Assembly: GCA_963674695.2 (NCBI GenBank)
Contig: CAXXGI010000002.1
Coordinates: forward strand, 352,001 to 416,000
Source: a bacterium
GTDB taxonomy: Bacteria; UBA10199; 2-02-FULL-44-16; JAAZCA01
Direction: 5' to 3'
Length of the DNA stretch: 64,000 nucleotides
Of the stretch, positions 59,628 through 64,000 are shown one piece after another (the stretch's first letter is position 1; every line of letters starts with the position of its first letter). The notes under the pieces are model-generated. The model made no database searches, had not been told where the DNA came from, and saw only the letters and a program-made list of their open reading frames with translations. The position numbers and the translations under genes are program-made.

Positions 59628-60985
59628 GATTTTTCCCCCGTTCCGGATATCAGTCGTTCAATTCGGGCGATCGTGTCGTTGATGGTATAGAGGGTCAGTG
59701 CGGCGTTAAGCTTGTTGCGTGTGAGTTGCAATTCTGCGTCGTTGAGATCCAGCAGGGATTTGCCTCCGGTGCGAAAAACATCCTGCTGTGCCTCAAGGGA
59801 TTCCTGAGAGAGACGTACCGCTTCCCGATTAGCGCGATAGGTCTCGCGCATATGATCGTATTCGGATATGGCGTTTCGAAGTTCCAGGGTCAGGTCGCGC
59901 TGGGCCTTCTGCAGTTGAAGTTCGGAGTTGGCCTTGCTCAGCAGGGCCTGCTTGTAGATCGCCCAGGTTCGGTTTCCGTTCCAAAGAGGGATGCTCACAT
60001 TGAGCCCGATGGTGCCCAAATTTTGAAAGGCACTTTTCCCGATGTAGGCATGATTCGATTGTCCGAAGAGCGTATAGTTTGCATATGCTCCGATCGTCGG
60101 AAAGTATTGTGAACGTTCCTTCTTTGCCAATGCGGCGTGGAAATCAATCGTGCTGGATAGGAGTTTAAGCCGTGGTTCGATGTCGAGCATATCGTCGAGC
60201 GCGGTATCGACATCGTATTGCGGAAAGTGTTGTGTCAGAGGATCGATCAGGACGATCATTTGTTCGTTCGGAATGCCGATGAGGCGTTTGAGGTATCGCC
60301 GGGCAAGGTCGAGATCGCTCTCCGCCTCCTTCAGCGCGGGAACGCGAGCCGCTATATCTGCCATCGATTTGATCCCATCGCTTTTGGGAATGCGACCGTA
60401 GGAAAATCGTTCATCGAGAATCTGCTTGTTCTTTGCAGCATTCTGATAGGAGCCCTTAGCGATGGCGACGACCTTCTGTGCGAGCAGTACCGTGATATAC
60501 GCCTTTGCCGTCGTGTAGGCCATCTCTCTTGTGCTGGCCTCTAGGCCGAAGCGGCTCATGCTTTTTCCATGGACTGCCGCTCGAATGGCGTTTTTGATCT
60601 TGCCGAAGGTAAAGACCGTCTGTTCCAGCGTGACGGCGGTGGCGAAGTCAAATTTCTTTCCCAGCTCCATGGAGATGGGGGCCGCACCCGGGACGGCTGC
60701 GACTTCCATCGACTGCACCTTCGGATAATAGTTGTAGCCAGCGTCGGCGTTGATGTGGGGCAGGGCGCTCGACAGTGCCTGTGTGTGGCGGTATTCGCTT
60801 GTGGTCACATCATTTTGTCGCTGACGCACGTTTTCGCTGGAGTCGATGGCCATGTCGATGGCTTCGGCCAAGGAGAGGCGAAGTGATTCAATGGCATCCG
60901 TGTGTTGGCACCATCCCGTGGGTGTGTGCATACAGGAGATGAGCAGGATGCAGATATATACAAGAGAGCGATGTGGATGTTTCAT
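59603..60985 (-). CDS. TolC family outer membrane protein
   Basis: LSLAEAI, two OEP repeats, SLLDLNDAE. Confidence 0.9.
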   Translation of the reverse strand: MKHPHRSLVYICILLISCMHTPTGWCQHTDAIESLRLSLAEAIDMAIDSSENVRQRQNDVTTSEYRHTQALSSALPHINADAGYNYYPKVQSMEVAAVPGAAPISMELGKKFDFATAVTLEQTVFTFGKIKNAIRAAVHGKSMSRFGLEASTREMAYTTAKAYITVLLAQKVVAIAKGSYQNAAKNKQILDERFSYGRIPKSDGIKSMADIAARVPALKEAESDLDLARRYLKRLIGIPNEQMIVLIDPLTQHFPQYDVDTALDDMLDIEPRLKLLSSTIDFHAALAKKERSQYFPTIGAYANYTLFGQSNHAYIGKSAFQNLGTIGLNVSIPLWNGNRTWAIYKQALLSKANSELQLQKAQRDLTLELRNAISEYDHMRETYRANREAVRLSQESLEAQQDVFRTGGKSLLDLNDAELQLTRNKLNAALTLYTINDTIARIERLISGTGEKSWRNRHNR

Positions 60986-61560
60986 GATGGTTCCTTGGTG
61001 GAATGCTTTTCCGCACCCTCCTGAAGGATGCGGATGGCCTTTCGGCACCAGCGTTTCTTCATCTGGAAGTATTCGACGCCTAATTCTCCCATGAGCTGAA
61101 ACATCGTGTTTTGTCGGGGCAGCGGAAGTGGTTTCATCGCCGCCTTCTTTTGCGGAATCTCATCGAGGCATCGCTGAATGCGGGCGATTTCATTGTTGAG
61201 CACCTCGATGTTGTAGATCGGTTCGACGTTAAACCCCATGAAGAGTTTGAGCATCGTTTCATCACGGATAACGATTTTATCGGGCGGTGTGTGCAGATAG
61301 GCGATGAGTTCCTTTTGTCCGCGTTTGGTGATGGAATAGCGAACTTTATTCGGGCGTCCCTTCTGTTCGATATGCTTTCGGGTAACCAGCTTCTCTGTTT
61401 CGAGCTGGGCGAGCACCTTGTAGATCTGCCCATAGCTTTCGCTCCAGACGGTGGGCAGGAGTGTTTCGATATCCTTCTTGATGTCATAGCCAGTCTTGGG
61501 CTGAATGGAGAGCATGCCCAGGACGGCGAAGCGCGTCTTGTTTCGTCTGGAGGTCGTCAC
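60982..61560 (-). CDS. PadR family transcriptional regulator
   Basis: LGML..PKTGYDIK..WSESYGQIY..L..RP.K..YSIT..G. Confidence 0.92.
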   Translation of the reverse strand: MTTSRRNKTRFAVLGMLSIQPKTGYDIKKDIETLLPTVWSESYGQIYKVLAQLETEKLVTRKHIEQKGRPNKVRYSITKRGQKELIAYLHTPPDKIVIRDETMLKLFMGFNVEPIYNIEVLNNEIARIQRCLDEIPQKKAAMKPLPLPRQNTMFQLMGELGVEYFQMKKRWCRKAIRILQEGAEKHSTKEPS

Positions 61561-61577
61561 TTTATCCCCTTTTTAGA

Positions 61578-61598
61578 TATATACCTAAAAGATATATA
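61578..61598. promoter_or_regulatory. Putative PadR operator palindrome
   Basis: TATATACCT-AAA-AGATATATA (1 mismatch) directly upstream of padR. Confidence 0.55.
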
Positions 61599-61674
61599 AT
61601 CGGCGAGGGGGTATAGCGGCACCGAGAGGGCGATGTCAAGCGGAGGAAAAAACGGTTCTGAAAACCCAATAATA

Positions 61675-62850
61675 TCAGTGTGATGCAAGCTCAGCCTTCG
61701 TCGGGATGCGCAGGGCCGTGATCAGCATCACTACGGCGACGACGGCGCAGATGGCAAAGACCCAGGAGAAACCAAAGCGCATCCAGATGATGCCGGCCGC
61801 GATCGGTCCCGTCATGGAGACGACGTGTTCGATGGCATAGCTCATCGAGATGGTACTCGTGAGTTCGTTGTCGTCGTGCACGATCTTGGAGAGATAGGTG
61901 GTGTGCGCACTGCGCAGCGAGAAGAGCATCTCGTCGACGATGTAGAGGGCATAGAGCAAGGGGATGGCCAGCGCTAGCGGCATCAGGTGCGGGATGAGGC
62001 CGTAGCCAGCACAGACGAAGATGAGGACGATCGCATCTGTGGCCAGGACGCGACGTTCGCCGAAGCGATCGATGGCATGACCCAGGAGCGGTTTTCCAAT
62101 GATGCCGATGACCGCAGCCAGAAAGAGCAGGAACGCGATCTGGGAGGCGCTGCGATCGAAGATGCGCACCAGCACCCAGGGAGCGAAGACGAGAAAGATC
62201 TGCTTGCGCACGCCGAAGAGCACCGCCAAGAAATAGAACAGCATATACCGTCGCTTGAAGACCAGACGCCTGCGGCGGCGCGCGGTGTGTCCGCGTTGCT
62301 GCAGCAGGCCGAATCCAAGGGCGGAAATTCCTGCGCAGAAGGCGGCTGCTCGATAGACGGTATCGTAGCCCAACCCCATATGCCCCATCCCGATCCAGAC
62401 GAGCGAGGTGCCCAGGATATAGCCGACGCTGCGCACGCTGCCCACAAGGCCAAAGAGGCGACCGCGCCGGTGAGTCGGTGAGAGCGCGATGCCGTAGCTC
62501 TGCACCAGGATCAGGTTGAGATGGGCGCCGATCGACCAGCAGAAGATCAATACCACGACCGCTTGATAATCGGCTGGAACGAAGGAGAGGCCAAAAAAGG
62601 CCATGGCGATGAGGAGGGCAGCCGTGACCATGATGTACTTTTCGCGAACGATAGCTACCGCGGCGAGAAAGAGGATGGCCAGTACGCCCGGCATTTCTCG
62701 GAAGAATTCGAGAATCCCGCGGTCTTCGGCGGTGAGCCCGTAGATGTCGGCCAGGAAGTTGTTGAGCGTACTGAAGAAGATACCGCTGGCGGCGGTTGCG
62801 CCGACGATTGCCAAAAGGTAAATGATCGTTTGTCGATTGCGCAGCGGCAT
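61675..62850 (-). CDS. MFS transporter
   Basis: About 12 TMs; REMPG and G.AIDRFGER motifs. Confidence 0.9.
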   Translation of the reverse strand: MPLRNRQTIIYLLAIVGATAASGIFFSTLNNFLADIYGLTAEDRGILEFFREMPGVLAILFLAAVAIVREKYIMVTAALLIAMAFFGLSFVPADYQAVVVLIFCWSIGAHLNLILVQSYGIALSPTHRRGRLFGLVGSVRSVGYILGTSLVWIGMGHMGLGYDTVYRAAAFCAGISALGFGLLQQRGHTARRRRRLVFKRRYMLFYFLAVLFGVRKQIFLVFAPWVLVRIFDRSASQIAFLLFLAAVIGIIGKPLLGHAIDRFGERRVLATDAIVLIFVCAGYGLIPHLMPLALAIPLLYALYIVDEMLFSLRSAHTTYLSKIVHDDNELTSTISMSYAIEHVVSMTGPIAAGIIWMRFGFSWVFAICAVVAVVMLITALRIPTKAELASH

Positions 62851-62880
62851 GCATCCTTCAGGTGTGGGGGGGGGGTGACG

Positions 62881-63657
62881 CTAATCCTGCTCGATGGTCA
62901 GTGTGTCGATGTCGATGGTTTCGCTTGGATCGACAGTGTGATAATACCACTGACCGCTCAGCATATCATACCAGATATTCCAGTTAAGTGAAGGGGTCAG
63001 TGTTCGCTCCATTCCATCGAGTCCCATGACGGTGAATCGATATCCGTCTTGAGGTTCAAGGGCGATACGGCTTCCGACAGGCGTGTAGACCACTCCTCCG
63101 TATCCGATGTCATCCCAGGTCTCAGGGTTGAGCCCGATATCGGTAAAGCGATAGTCCCCCCAACTGCGTGGATAGTTCCCGTTTGTATCGAAGAAAGTCT
63201 GGATTAGGCCAATCATGCCGGTGCTGATCTCCGGTACGGTCGAACCCAGCGGCGTGAGGGCGCTCGATTCTAGAAATGTTCCGCTGGCTGGGTCATAGAC
63301 AAAGGTGTGCTCCAATGGAGAGGTGTAGCGGTTTTCAGCATCTTTGATCCAGGAACCGTCTCGGATGCCCGTTTGGAGGACCTCGCTAAAGAGGATGTTG
63401 TCCGGCGCTGATGGCTCGTTATTGGCAGTGTCGAGTTGTGGCGGATAAATAGGAATACGGTTTTCCATCTCCGACTCCATGCGGTAGAGGCTGATTCCAT
63501 CGCGGATAGCAGCAATGGTTCCCACTTCCTGATTTTTCAGGGCCTCGTCGGATAAATTGAGGAACCGGGGTATGACTAAGAGTGCGAGGATGGCGATGAT
63601 GGTGACGACGAGTGCCAGTTCCATGAGAGTGAAACCATTTCGAGCGGTCATTCGCAT
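62881..63657 (-). CDS. Type IV pilin-like / T2SS pseudopilin with prepilin cleavage motif
   Basis: NGFTLMELALVVTIIAILALLVIPRF. Confidence 0.88.
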   Translation of the reverse strand: MRMTARNGFTLMELALVVTIIAILALLVIPRFLNLSDEALKNQEVGTIAAIRDGISLYRMESEMENRIPIYPPQLDTANNEPSAPDNILFSEVLQTGIRDGSWIKDAENRYTSPLEHTFVYDPASGTFLESSALTPLGSTVPEISTGMIGLIQTFFDTNGNYPRSWGDYRFTDIGLNPETWDDIGYGGVVYTPVGSRIALEPQDGYRFTVMGLDGMERTLTPSLNWNIWYDMLSGQWYYHTVDPSETIDIDTLTIEQD

Positions 63658-63794
63658 ATGCTCGATTATAGCAGATTACGGTGCACAAAAGAAATAGCGA
63701 GGTTTGACGGTTGCTCCGGATATATCGGTGGAATCTTTTGCGAAGCCTTACGGGATTTCGTATGATCTGTCCCTGGTCATGAGGGGGAGATTCC

Positions 63795-64000
63795 GTGGTC
63801 ACAGACTCAAATCAGGCATCGAGACCCACATGGGTGATCATGATTGCAGTTGCGCTTGTCGCGATAGCGAGCATCGCTACCTGTTCGTCGGAAGACCGGA
63901 CGGGGATTGCGGGTCTGTATACGTCCAAGCCACCAGCGGCTGATGAGCCCGATCGGTTCATCACCCTCGATCTCGAGCCGAACCACGTTGCAGAAATGCG
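63795..64000 (+). CDS. 5' part of a probable lipoprotein (NlpE N-terminal-like), truncated by window edge
   Basis: GGAG RBS, GTG start, hydrophobic stretch ending IATC, then AGLYTSKPPAADEPDRFITLDL; open to the window end. Confidence 0.5.
   Translation, partial: MVTDSNQASRPTWVIMIAVALVAIASIATCSSEDRTGIAGLYTSKPPAADEPDRFITLDLEPNHVAEM

Overview
A 64 kb chromosomal window from a GC-rich Gram-negative bacterium; gene content suggests a deltaproteobacterial-grade lineage, which is inference only. It has about 50 protein genes. Housekeeping, transport and stress genes include icd, a lysC-lysA fusion, a GH65 phosphorylase, cfa, mgsA, msrA, a peroxiredoxin, NhaP/NhaC antiporters, MscK, Kch, a Fluc pair, an RND pump with PadR, ABC-F and RluA. 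There is one tRNA-Ser(GCT) and many secreted or lipoprotein orphans. I saw no CRISPR array, integrase or transposase. The most notable signals lie outside the ORF track. (1) A shared sigma28-geometry promoter (GCAACnTT-N11-nnCGATA) precedes several dispersed orphan genes with low-complexity N-termini, suggesting an unrecognised regulon of possibly exported proteins. (2) A 'skeleton operon' surrounds an intact MEDS-PAS-GAF gene: its phosphotriesterase, NYN and crcB neighbours kept their ends but lost their middles. (3) A MITE sits in-frame inside a lipoprotein signal peptide. (4) A cluster of three large palindromes at 51.4-52.0 kb includes a 6S-like rod. (5) A tRNA-mimic/antisense element lies next to tRNA-Ser. 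(6) A highly structured leader precedes icd. (7) An unannotated 46-aa secreted Cys/acid-rich peptide is encoded at 53825-53965.
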